Of a stretch of 64,000 nt of DNA, positions 1 through 13,800 are shown piece by piece. Position numbers and translations under genes: made by a program. The stretch spans positions 11,098,001 through 11,162,000 of the forward strand of contig OZ176050.1 in NCBI GenBank assembly GCA_964247055.1, read 5' to 3'. This stretch comes from Paragordius varius (taxonomy: Eukaryota; Animalia; Nematomorpha). The notes under the pieces are model-generated. The model had not been told where the DNA came from and searched no databases. It worked only from the letters and a program-made list of their open reading frames with translations. The number at the start of each line of letters is the position of its first letter. Position 1 is the first letter of the stretch.

Positions 1-185
1 AAAATTCACAATCATAATAATCAACAAATATGTATTAATAAAAGCGCGTATACCAATTTTATCAATTTAATTGTTTTAAATATTATAAAATTCCCAACAC
101 AGCCCATTTGGGACTAACATTAAATTTATCATTATAAATGAACCCCAAAAATAACGTGGCATTAGTTTACGCGTTGAACACCCTT

Positions 186-2147
186 TTATTTTTGGAGAAT
201 AGTGGGATCGGATTTTAGTCTAACATATTCATTGAATCGTATTTTGGCATATGCAAAAAAATCAAACGTTTTATCACTGACTTGACTTTGTAAAAGGGCC
301 CAAACACCCCAATACAAATGTGGTCCTAGGATGAAAGCATCTAATTGACGCATTAACAAATCCACACCGCATTTCATCTCATGCGAATCGAATTTGGAAT
401 CATCGAAAAAAGTTTCAATATTCACATCATTAATTTTAGATAATGAAGTGGTCTTTTCGTTTGTAATATTTTTATTATCATTATTATTGGATTCTTCTTT
501 ATGAGATGGAGGGTGTCTTTGATAAAAGTCCCAAGCTTTCCAGTAAAACGTTAACCAGAGACGTCGGAAAGCGCTACTGGGAAATAAATCGTAATTCACT
601 GTTTCCAAACCTATGATAAAGATATTAATAGGAAAAAAAATTAGCTGGATACTATTTTTTATGTATTTTAAATTTATAAAACAATAAAACTGTTGCTCAT
701 GGAAAAATAATTTAAATTAAAAAATAATTTATAAGATGTTCACGTTAAAAATATATTTATTGAATAAAATTGTTATTATGGAAAAAACAAAAATAATAAC
801 TTATCTCATTCAGTTATCTAAAATGAACAGCTTTGTTGACGAATAAAATTATAGCTTTATAAATCTTTGTAAACGCTATAACACATAAATTATATCAACA
901 AGAGCAAATCATTAAAAAATATTTGTAAAAAAATTTTTCACATGACGCATAAAATGTCATTATTTCAAACAATATTTGGCAAAATATAAAGATTAAAGTC
1001 GTCATGTTTACCACAAAATTCGCAAAAAAATTGAGCAATATCAAAGGCCTGAAAATTGAAATCTCCATACTCCAAATCGATAAATGTGACATCCTTATTG
1101 CAAGGATCAAACACTATATTGTCCAAGAGTAAATCATTGTGGCAAAAAACTATAGGCGATTTCAATGGAATAAATAGGGATTCTAAATAATCAATTTCTT
1201 TCCAGGGATCGATAGGGAGTTTGGACAATAGGTGTGATCTACGACAAAAAATAAAATTATTGCTACATTAGTTAAATCATGATAAAATATTGTTTATTAT
1301 AATCATAAAAAAATACAAACATTTAATTAAAGATTGGATTGATAAGTATTTATTACTTATCAAAGTTATTAACTTGCTTTTGGATCGAAATATCTGTTTT
1401 GACGGGAATATTGTTGTTGCTAGTAGGATTATTTGTGAAGAATGGTAAAATAAGTGAGGCCCATTTTTTGATAGTTGGAAAAAAACATGGTTCTTTGATA
1501 AAACTGTTTTTGATTTGGGAATTAAGCATATCCAAGCAAGCCATATCTTCCAAATGCTGGGATATTTTTCTTATGGTAGGTTTATTTATGCGAACAGTGG
1601 GAAGATAACTAGGATCTGGAAATGATGAATGCATTAAAGCCATTTGTTTGGCAATTAAAGGATAATAAGCTGGATTTTTAACATTTGAAGTATTTATAAT
1701 GATTCCCGGGGCATAATGATAACATAAGCCATTATCAAAAACACCATACAATTCTTTACCACATCCAATGCTCCACATAGCCACCAAATTTTCAATTTCT
1801 TTACGACGATCAATTATTACTTCAGTTTTATTACCAAAAAGCCGTATTAATACAACGTCAACATTGGATGTACCCTTTTCTAAATTATTTATTTCGCTTA
1901 ATGGTAGTAAAGATGCGCTATAAATTGTATTAGTAGTTCCTATAAATATAAAAATTAACATACCCTTATCAAACTGCTTTATAATGATATCTTCTTGTTT
2001 CCATTTTGGCCGTATATGTTTGAGTAACTCCAAAAATTTGTCCTTAACATTATTTTGTAAAATTTCTATGTCGAAAAATGGAATTTGGTAGAAATTTTTA
2101 GTCATCTCAATGATCCATGTGTTCGACACTTTTTTGTTTGTTCTCAT
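186..2147 (-). CDS. ETNK: Ethanolamine kinase (choline/ethanolamine kinase family), 4 exons
   Basis: Spliced exons about 2147-1964, 1939-1357, 1238-~1003 and ~610-186 give FDKGTTN, VLIRLFG, IDRRKE, Brenner motif VFCHNDLL, FIDLEYG..N..AFDIA..F.EFCG and HLYWGVWALLQ, all typical of ETNK1/easily shocked. GT-AG junctions keep the frame. Confidence 0.88.
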
Positions 2148-3433
2148 ATTTCGTACAGACCTTAAAATAGCATAGTTCCTATTTTTTGATTATAAAAAAG
2201 GGTCTTTCAATGACAGCGTGTTATTTTTTACATTTATTATCTCATTCGTTATATGGCATTTATATTTCCACTGGTTATAACAACCCTATCCCCGACGCAA
2301 CTAGGCGGCTGTCACTGAAACATCATTCACTGGAGTATGGAAGGGCGGCAAAGGACGCCTTCTGTGCGATGTGGGCCTGCTAGATCCTTTTCTTGATACA
2401 CCTTGCTACTAAGTCATATTTCACTAAATCAAGTTTTTTAGTGAGAATTTGTTTTATGTGTTTTGAAGAATTATCCCAAATAATGAATTAACCCTAATAT
2501 TAAGACGATTGTTGATTGGGCCTAATTATTGAATAATAAAAATATAATATAAGGTTGTGCTGGTCAAAAAAATTGCCCAACTGACGGCTTAATAATGCAG
2601 TCTTTTATTATCGGTCAATAACGGGTAAGATCGAATTTTATTAGTTACGAATTAATATTATTTGATTCTTTAAAAATGGAAAGTAGAAAAACCACTTCAA
2701 ACCTTTTACTCATTCGGTTTGGTGATAGCTCCGATAATTTTTATAATTTATCATATAAAATCCTAAAATGTTGACACTTATACCGTGATAGCATAATTTA
2801 TTTTATGGATATGAATTTAAGACTCGTTGACATTTGTCATATGGACGTCGGGCGCTTTATTTTTAACAGCAACAGCATATTGAGTAGATCGAGGTCATGA
2901 TGCATCGGGCGCCATAGTTGAGGGGGCGCCGGATTTTAAAAAATTTTATTTAATTAAAAAATAGATATTTAAAAGTTATTTATTATTTTAAATATAATAT
3001 ACACAAAAAATCACCCATTTTTTAGTGGTCATGACCTTTAATCTTGTAAAATATCTCCTTTAGTATTTTTACTTTTTAAATCTAACCAACGGTTTCATAT
3101 CCTTAATTATTGTATCTCTTCACTTTATCTTCAAGCGCCTACCTTTCTCAACCTCAGTCGTTTCACATTCATGTACCTACCTTAAAATATTTGCCACCAA
3201 AGTGCAGATAGGATAAGATTTTTTATGTTAGTATTTTTTTAAAATTATATATATTATTATTGCAATTTAATTCAGGCAAAATTGAATGAATTTATTAGGG
3301 TAGATTTTTGATTACTATAAGTAATCTTTGTCAAACGTAAAAAATAAAATTAATGCCACCCATTATGTAAAAATTCAAGATCAATTTCCAAAATAAATGT
3401 TATTTTTTTTCTAATTTAGATCTTGGTATACAC

Positions 3434-4060
3434 CAGGGTTGGCCCGGTAGACCGCGGTCGATTTTGTGCCCGCGTTCCAAAACGTGCCCGCCTGATAATT
3501 TTTTAAAAAATAAAAAATATATTTTTGCATGGAATTTTTTTCGCAAAATTATTTACTAAACCATCTAACATCTGTAAAAAAACTGTTGCACGATACTTTA
3601 TTCGCTTTGAAGAATTTACTATCTTGAAGCATATGTTCATTATTTATAACATGCATGCAGTAATCCATAAAATCTGGTAAATTATGAAGATCTTTGCCAA
3701 GAGCTACAAATTCATTTTTTACTTCAATCATCTAAACTCCGTGGCATGATGTACATTTAATTATCCATTGTTAATTAATTGAATAAATGTTTTAGTATGT
3801 GTGCTGATTGTGGCAAACAGAGGTCTTTTAAATCATCGTAATAGTATTTTGATAAAATTAAGATTCTATATAAAAGAACTACTCAAAAATAATTATTTTC
3901 ATAATATTTATTTTAAAATGGCCTTAGCTAGTCACCCTAATCCTAAATAGATAGTCTCAAGGTGATAAATGAATCTTTAAATACCTAATATTAATGCGTG
4001 CCCGGGTAATTTTTTCTCCCAAAAAAGTAGCTCGCGGGAAAAAAAGGTTGGCCACCCCTG
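3434..4060 (-). mobile_element. Internally deleted hAT (Buster/Charlie-like) DNA transposon
   Basis: Ends CAGGGTTGGCC and GGCCACCCCTG are inverted. Flanks gtatacac / gtatatac match 7 of 8 (8-bp TSD typical of hAT). Internal minus ORF 3549-3731 contains FTDVRWFSK, resembling the Buster/SPIN TEVRWLSR motif. Confidence 0.7.
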
Positions 4061-7000
4061 GTATATACATTTACATACGTTATGCTGTGTTGTTTTCCCT
4101 TTTTTCGTTTCCCTTACCATTTTTTTGGCTCAATGGCAACTTTACTATTTTTTTATTGAATTTAAATATTTATTATCCAATAGAGAGGTATCAAATATGA
4201 TAATATATTTATTTTGATACATCTATTTTCAGTATATTTTTAATATACAAAACATTGTGTGCAAAAAAGTGGGTTAATTTGATTTAACGATATTTTTTTC
4301 TCATGAGATAACTTATGACTAGCGTATTCATGCGAAAAAATTTTTATTTGTTGCAGCTTAGTTTTTGAAATATAAAGAAAAAATCGAAATCGGGCAAAAA
4401 GTGAAAATTAAGGATAATTCAAAAAATAATGACAAAATTTGAAATATTATGGTTTATTATTATTTTAGGAGATATTTTCGATATATAAATAGCCTAAAAT
4501 CATATAGTTAGGGTTTCTATAAAATTTCAGCTCAAAAGATGGCGTTTTTTTATCACACTTAAAAGAGTAAATAATTTAATGAAACTATATTGAAATAATT
4601 TTTTAATTATTTAATAGTTAAACTCAATATCAAAAACTTAACATTAATATTTTATTCAGTATGTTTGGCGGCAAATTTCAAAATTTGTATCCATATGATG
4701 GATAACTCTTCTACGCGCATTTTATATGTGGGTCTTATTTAAAAGTTTGGTTTAAATAATTTATTATCCCTGCAATTAATACCCGTAAATAATTTAGCGG
4801 CGAAAAGCTTCAGGCCTAGAAGGCTTTAGCCAAAGATCTTGAGGTTTCAATAAAATAAAAAATATCAAATCTTAAAAGATTAATTTGTGTTTTTCGGTCC
4901 ATCGTTAAATAACTTTTGCAATGGTTTCAATTTGCTTCATATTTTAGAAATATTTAGTTTTAAACATTCTTCTCCCCACCCACCCAGTTTGTATCGGAAC
5001 CGTAATGAATGTGTTATATACAAGTGTTAAAATAGTCTATATGGTTATTTTTAAAAAAAATACTGGTCTTTGTGTTAATAAATTCTATCTGTATAATTAC
5101 AATTTTTACAGTATATAATTCGCAGCTGGAGTGACTCTTGTGCTATTTGTAAAGATTTAAAAATAGCATTTTTTTACAAATAACTGGACAAATTTTAATA
5201 TTAACCAAAATTTTTTAACATATATTTCATAACGTGGCAGGCCAATCTAAATACGTTATATCTATCTGTATTTTAACCTATCTCATTTTGGAATATGTCA
5301 CGCATGTGTAAGTTTCGGGAAAACTAATAAGGGTAACCTGATTACATTTTATTATTTTTTATACTTATTTGGCTAATCTTGCCAAATCTCAATAGATTTA
5401 AGTGTTTAGATTTTTTTTTTATATTTTTTTAAATTGAAATCGGTATTGAAATGGTATTTTTAACAAGATGATGATCAAAATTGAATCGCACAAGTTTCAA
5501 ATAAAAACTGAAAATTTTTATCAAAAATTAAAATTAAACAACAATAGAAATAAATAATACCGGAATTTATTTAACACTGAAAAATATACAATATGTCCAG
5601 GGGTAAAAAAACCTGATAAAGTTTATTTACTGATACGATATCAGATTATGGTGCTTTTGGCTTTAGCCCTTACAAGTGGTTTAAGATAATTATTACACAT
5701 TTGTGGGTGCTCCATATCAGAAAATGGCAAAATTTGAGCACATATTTTGTAATAATATTTTTTTGGTGAAAGCTATATGCTTTATTCTAAAAAATATCAC
5801 TTAAATATACTATAAACTACTTAAAAAGCTCAACAATATTTTTTTAAAAAAATATTTTTATGTGTGGGCTCCGAAAGTCCCAAATTTTTTCGCTTTTCTA
5901 AAATAGGCTATCTAAAATAAACGCAAAAATCCGCGATTGCACCATAAAATTTTTAAATATATACAAAATTTTAACATAAAAATATATTTTAAAACCATAT
6001 TTTTTACAAAAATATTTTATTTCAAAATTCTGTTGAAGTGTACTTCCATTTTTAGGCATGATGGAAACGATATAAACGCTTTTAGATATTATACAAAAAC
6101 TTTTTCTATATAATTTAATGACGCTAAACATTTCTCTCGCTTCAGAATTTAAAAATGATGGTTCGTTTACCAAATTTTTTGCGAATATTTATAAAATTAC
6201 ATAATTTTTTGTATTAGGAAAAATTGCCAGTAAGATGCATCTTAAATTATTCTTCATCGATTCCGTGAACCCTCGAAAAAAACATTCGCAAAAATCATGA
6301 TAAATTTAAATGTATTTTTATAATACAAAAAATCAAGCAAACTTTTTGGTTATTAATAGTGTATAACTGTTTTTATCAAGAATTTGATTTATGTCTGTAA
6401 CATATACCGTTCAAATTTATATTCGCTTATTCGTATAAAAACATAAATTCATAAACATCTTCGATTCAATTGAGCATATTTTAGTTTGAAGGATTACAAA
6501 AAATAATTTGGAATATCATTTAACATATCATGTTGAATCAATTATATGATGATAGGTTAAATGAAATCTAGGTATATTTAACTTATAATAATTTCTTGAC
6601 TTGACTAACAATTGATTATCACTAATATTGATTAACAAAAATATTATAATTAAAGGCATATTTTTTATCTATCAAATATTAATCTTGATTAATATGATCA
6701 AATCTTCTTTTTATATAAATTAAAAAACAAAGGATATTTTATACCATTAAAACGTGTAAAAAAAATTTACTCATAAAATTTTTACAAATGTAACGTTTAA
6801 AATCCTAATATGATGTTAGATTTTATAATCTCTTGTTTGCAAATGGGCTACCAAAATGAGTAGCAAAACATGAATCAGCTTGGATAGATATATTTGGAAT
6901 TCGCTATGGACATGGAACAAACTTTTTGACTGATAAAATAGCGCAAAAAAATAACTATTTCATAATAATTGTGTATAAAATAAGAAAATAATTAATAATT

Positions 7001-7885
7001 AGTATGTATCATACCCAAAAACATTATGCTAATCTTGTGGTAAAATGTAAGATAGACGGATAGTTACTCAAATTTTGGGTAACGGACAAAATATTTAAAA
7101 AATATATAATATTATATGAACATGGGCGCCATTGAGTTTAAAAATCAATAATTCCGAATTGTATAATTGTTTTTCATGTGCATTATTTCATAAATCTTGA
7201 AATGATCAAAATAATTTCCGCAAGATTTGAATTGCGATGCAAAAAAATGTTAAATTCATAAGCAAAAGGCTTGCCTCAAGTGTTTTAACACCGATCTTCA
7301 AGTTTACGTTTGCTGAAATAAACCTAATCAACTTGCCACACTTGACTTGCAAGTCAAATTCAACCTTTTTATCACCTTACCCAATATTTAATTTTTTTCG
7401 TATGTTAAAATTATTATTTTTTAAAAAATATTTCCTTTTACCGGTAGTTTATGGTTATATTTTAGAAATATTATTTGGAATAAAGCATTTAGCTTTCACC
7501 AAAAAAATTTATAAAAATGTGCGCAATTGCCATTTTTATATGGAGAACTTACCACAAATAAATAAGTAGGGTGTATGTATAACATTGCGTTCAATGGGTT
7601 TTAAAAAATTTTTTTAGTAAAATATATATATTTAGATGGAAAAATGTATCAGGATTATCATGTATTGTTTTGACCTTATATTTTTTAAGACCCTCGTTTT
7701 GTTGATCGTCTCTATTTTAAAAATTAAGTATATTATTAACTTAAAAAAGAATTTGAAAATGTCTATTAAATATTTTTATTTAATAATTTAATAATGATGT
7801 GTTTTTTGATAATTTCAATTTATACAGCAGCGTCTACCAAAATTGTTTTATCCATGTGATATTCACCTCTCAGGTAAAACAAAGC

Positions 7886-10800
7886 ATGCTTTATGGGTTA
7901 ATTTTATTTTTGTGTTTTCTGGAAACTAAATCACAAGTTATTCCTAAAAGCGTTGACAACAACGTTGGTAATGTTTTTACATCTTCACGCTTCTCCGACC
8001 ATGTAACCGAAGATGACCGCAAACATTTTAAGATAAAGCGCAAAACGTAATTTAAATTTAAATGTTTTAACAATTTATATAATATACATAGCATAAAATC
8101 TGTACTTGTATTTATTGGATGTATTTTGTTTTTTCTATGTATTAGAAAATATGTTATCGTACACTCAACACATATTCAGCCAAACAAACCCCTAGTAATT
8201 TCCATCAATCATATCAGTGATATTGAAACATTTACCAATAATGGTCAACTTAATGAACGAACTGAACCAATTCCCAATCGATTAGTTGTAAAAGCAGCAC
8301 TTTATGGCCCCTCTAGTGAACAAATCGGTTTGTCTATGGAAAAATCAGTGGATGAAGGTTATAATTTTTGTATATGATTCATAAAAATTTAATTATAATA
8401 GGCATTTCTAATTGTCAAAAATTAATAATTATCATATTCTATCCTTAAATTTTATTGGCACTTCAATTTTTCACTTTTGTCCTAGTTTACCTTTTGGGGT
8501 AGTATATCCCAGACCTTAATTTTGCATATAAACAACAGTTTTAGAAGTTATTTTAGTCTTAATTGAATTATCAAACATTGTTCTCATGGATTAGATCAAA
8601 TATATTTTTCACAGTTTTGTGACTTCTATTGAAACAGCTCCAAAACACGATTGAATAAAACAGCTTATATTAAAATAGAAAATATCAAGTTTTTGCTGGT
8701 TAAATATAGACTAAAGGTTTTTAAAGTTAATTATACACATTTTTTAACCATATTATATATTTGTCTGTTGAATTAGCGATTTAAAAAAATTTATAGAAAA
8801 AAATGGCGGCAAAAAAGTTTGAGTACAATTTTACATTTTTTTAACAAAAAATTTTTTGTATGCGCTTAAAAAGTTAAAAAAGCATATGTTTAAATTCGGC
8901 TTATTTTTAAAATATTCAAATTTCAAATCGCTCTGAGATATCAAATTCCCCAAAAGCTAATGTGTTAGTATCATCCCATACTTCTTCCATATATTTATTA
9001 ATTTATTAAAATTTTTATTTAATTAGTTTTTAATTAGATAAAAGCCGTATTTTATGGAAAATAACCTGTAAAAATTACACTTTTTACCTTTTACACATAT
9101 TTTTTGACAATATAAAATATGTATTATACAGGTTTTTCTGACCTCATTAAAATACCAGTTCCACCTAATATTAAAGCTGGCGACTATAAAATTGGTTTAA
9201 TTGGGCATTTGATACAACACAAAACTATTTCACCCATATCTCATCCCCAACTTAACAGTTATAATGATCATGATGATGATGATTCCTCTTTAAAACACTC
9301 AGATTTATATTCTAAAGTTCTTTTCGATCAAATTATACCCGTAAAATATGATGGTCACGTTTTAGCCCTTATGATACAAATGGAAAAGCCTGTTTATAAG
9401 CAAGGACAATTAGGTATGTATATTAAAAGGATTACTCCCAATGATTTGATTAATAATATTAACTTATATCTCCGTGTATTTAGTTCGATTCCGAGTCGTC
9501 ATGTTACAGCCAAATTTTAAACCGTATTTAGATACAGCAAACATTTATATCATGGTAATATTTTAGCTTTTTCATTTGTTACGATTAATTATTTGAAATG
9601 TGTTAATATATACAGCTTACTTTTTTACATTTATGATAGGGGCACAAATTTAGTTTATAGAAAGATCAATTTTTTTGCTTTTTCATGCATTAGATCCATG
9701 TTTACTATCATAAGTGATATCTGGTAGTATAAGAATGAAAAATAAGCAATTTATAAGGTATGCTTGTTTTTGTTATAGGATCCCTATGGTAATACATTAC
9801 AAAGGTGGCTTAATCGACAAAGTAATATGGGTGCTTTAACATTGGAATATCAGTTAGGTCGAAGACCACAATTTGGTTTATGGTCCATTAATGTAACCGT
9901 TTTGGTAAGAAATATATATTTTAGGTTTTTTACTATTACTTTAGATTTTATTTTTTTCAGCCATGTACAAAGATACTATCAAGTCAAAATTTTTGACGAG
10001 TTTTTTTCAAAAAAAATTATAGAAATAATATTATATTTAAAAAAGTTTGTGATTCATTTTGATTTTATGATTTTCATCTCATGATTTTTTGGTCGTCTTA
10101 TTAAAACTATCTATTATATTTAATTATTTTTTATTTATTTAGGGTCAAACAGAGACCACAACCTTTCTAGTTGAAGAATACTGTAAGTTTTAGTTTTTTT
10201 TTAAATTTACAATTTTGATTGTTTCTAGTATTTAAATTACACTAGTCGACAAATTTGGACATTTTTAAGCACCACCACTCAAACTTTTTAAATTATGACT
10301 AATTTCAGTGTTTTAAAACCGAATTTGAAAAAATTTTTGATCCCGCCAATCAGAATTTTGAAATTTTATAGGTTTTTCAATTTTTCAAAAACAAGAGAAA
10401 ATCGAGAGAAAATTAAATATAACTTTATAATAAAATGTTATTATATTATAAACTTAATATCATTTAATAAAGCGTTTTAAACGCTATCTTTTGAATATAA
10501 ATATGTCATTTAAATATCAGAGAGAAAAAAATAGTACGGACTTAAACGTCAAAATTTAGTCTTTTTTTTAAGTGAATTTTTAACACATATAAAATTTTTT
10601 TAAAAAAATACTAAAAAAGGCATTCTATGGTTTAAACCTTCGGCTTTCAGATAGGCTATATTTTTTTTGTTAGATTTCGTTCTTTCGAGTACTTATTAGA
10701 CTTTTTCTCTTGAGTTGGTTCTTATAAAAAATCCTTTATTTATACCTAGTGGATATACCTTATTTTTTTAAAATTATTGGTTGTTTTGTATTTTGAATTT

Positions 10801-13800
10801 CAGATGGATCTTGTGAAGCCACCTTTAGTAGAATTTACTGTTATGGGGTTGGACCATTTGTATTTACCTAATTTATATTCAATTTAATTGTAGAATTTAT
10901 CTAACTTTATTCTGTAAATTGGTTAATTTGACATGTCAATTTGCATGGATTTTGCTTGAAAGTCTCTCTTATCGGGCTCTACGATTACTTATTGTTATCT
11001 TTGCAATATCTGGCATAATAATAGGATCGCTTGGGGGATTTGCCAAGCTTGTGCAGCCGCCCGGATCTATCACACTATACTAAGCCCTTTTAGATTTTTA
11101 ATACTTTGGCTCTTAGCTTGTTTAGTTAATGCCTAGAATTTGTTATCCATGCATGGAATATTACTTGTATCGACTTGCTTGTTTGAATATTTAAACATAT
11201 GTTCACGAGGAATGATTGTTATTCTTGAATTAAATACAAATTTTAAAATTTAATTTTGGAAGAATCCTATTGGTATTTTCTTTTTTGTTTTGGTCTTTCC
11301 ATGCCATTAGGTATCAGAAAATGCAAAAATAATGGGGTGTTGCAAAACCTTGTTGAACAGTGTTATTGATATATACGGGAATTATCAGAAAGCTTTTTTA
11401 TATAGTTTTTTTATTAATTATTTAATTTTATTTATTAATATGTATACTAAAAATAGATGAGAACCAATTCGAAGTTAATGTTACCACCGTTAATCTTTTA
11501 TCCGATCAAACAGATCATTTTGATATCACGATAGAGGCTAAGTATATTATATTATAATTTATATATATTTTTACTTAAATTATTAGAACAATTTTACATA
11601 AATGTAGGAATATATTCAATTATACCGTTAATTAGTTGATTAACTTCATTAATTATTATAATGACATTTAAAATATAAAATCTATATATATATATATATA
11701 TATATATAGTTACACATATCAAGAAGGTGTTTATGGCAAGGCACAACTAGAGTTAATCCTTTTAACTCCGATGGAATATATAAATTTCATTGTGTACAAT
11801 GATTTACCCCTTACACATAATACGTATGTTGATACAAAATCTGTTCAAAATATCCTTACCACTCATAACCCAATACATGGACAATTGGATAATTTTGCTA
11901 GATATCGTGTCAACATAGAAACGGTATTTTATATAATTTATTGTCCTCAGATATTTGTACATGTATTTGAGTTATATCTTTTTAATGCTAAAAAATATTT
12001 ATTAAATCAAAGAAAACATGGTATTCTTTCAAACATTTTCCTATGATTTCATTTTAATCTTGGGGATATCTTTGGATAAAAGTCATTTATCTCAAATATG
12101 TTTTTTATAAATATAAAGCGATTCATTTTTTATCTTTATAGTTTATAAGATTGATAATAATTTCATAGGTATGCTCTTTAATTACCACCAAATCATGCTA
12201 AATATATATATTATATAATATGTTCTGTGTTTTGATGCGCATTTGTGAAATTTTTATTCAAAATAACTTAAGTGTATTATTATTCAATATAATGGACGAA
12301 TTATTAAATATGTTAAAGTATATTACAGTAATATAAGTAATTATAAACGTAACTAAAAGACACATTTTCGTTATAAAGAACAACTATATCTTTTTAAACC
12401 TAAATTTTTTGATGTAACCTTTTGTTTTAGATACAATAAGGAATAAAGAATTTCGAATAAATATTCTTTGCATTATGGATTAGGCTGAAACAGTATGTTT
12501 TAAAATGATATAATGTAATATCAGCAAATTAATAATAAATTTATTAATGAATTTTCGTTTGATTCATCTAACTTCTTCGGATTAACATAAAAATAAAATT
12601 AAAATAAAGATACAAAATAAAATTATAAAATATTTTTTAAAAATAAAGATGTGTATTTTATGAAGAAATCCGTTACTGGGTTAATACGATTAATTTCTTT
12701 TTGTCTGTTTATCAAAAAGTACACAAAGCCGCAGAAAGAAGAAACAAAGTAAATGTGTCGGCACTTGCATATCATGCACACAAGTACAGACACAAAATTG
12801 ATTGGGAGAACGTTGAGATTTTAGATAACGAAGAAAAAGACGCTAGAAGATTATTAAAAGAAAACTATATAAATAATGAAGATAAATTGATAAACAGACA
12901 AAAAGTAATTAATCGTATTAACCCAGTAACGGATTTCTTTATAAATAGATACACATCTTTATTTTTATAAAATATTTTATAAATTTATTTTGTATCATTT
13001 TAATTTTATTTTTATGTTAATCCGAAGAAGTTAGATGAATCTAACGATTAAAAAATTTATTATTAATTTGCTGATATTACATTATATCATTCTAAAAGGA
13101 ATAAAGAAGTGAATTGATAAAACATACATTTTACAATTGTTTTCAATCTTTTTACATAGATAAAAATTATAGCTGTTAAATAAAATGTTAGTTTTTAAAT
13201 TTTACGTTTTATCTCTATTTTAATATTATCTGTATGTCTAGTTTCGGGGTCGATATGTTCATCGCATTTCCCTTAATGATATCAATGTCCTTAATCAACT
13301 TTCAATGATGTTTGACTCTAAGAGTTTAAACTCAAATAAAAAAGCAAGTACGGAACATAGTGTTAAACGCTTAAGACAAAACATGATTGGTAAATTATTG
13401 TTTATTAATGCATCAATCTTTGACCCTAAACTCAATAAAAGTGTTATGGGATGGACGAAGGTACCTATACATAACTCATTACTGGAATTACAATGCCAAC
13501 TTTTGAATGGAAATCAAAAGTATGTTTTTTAATATTTTTTTGCGGCTAAAAATTTTTCTTTGTGCCTTTTATGGATTAGTTTTATGCAGTAGTTAGGTTA
13601 TATAATTTATAGAGGCTAACTTGCGTTTTTCATAAATGTCTTAGTTAAATGATTTCAGTTGATTAAGTTTTTTATTATGGATGTATCATTTATGCATATA
13701 TATTGGTTACTGCTAATTTATCAATATAATTTATAGAAAATACCAAGATAACAGTCCTAATAACCCGATTATTAATGATTGGATCACGTATAAATCCGGA

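Noticed and set aside
4200-7700. Short ORFs and mariner-MITE-like phrases in the ETNK-Mcr intergenic region
   Set aside because: ORFs are AT-biased low-complexity reads; no paired termini or TSDs could be identified.
10804-10859. Possible extra Mcr exon (CAG|ATGGATC...TTT|GTATTT)
   Set aside because: Exit phase is incompatible with the next exon, and the flanking exons already join in frame.
10950-11100. Second HDV-like ribozyme in GC-richer patches here or at 2281-2405
   Set aside because: No consistent P3/L3/P2 pairing could be built on either strand.
12795-12822. Penelope IDWENV codons resemble the family-A repeat (ATTGATTGGGAGAACGTT)
   Set aside because: H.IDW.N..IL is a normal GIY-YIG motif and no flanking homology exists; most likely coincidence.
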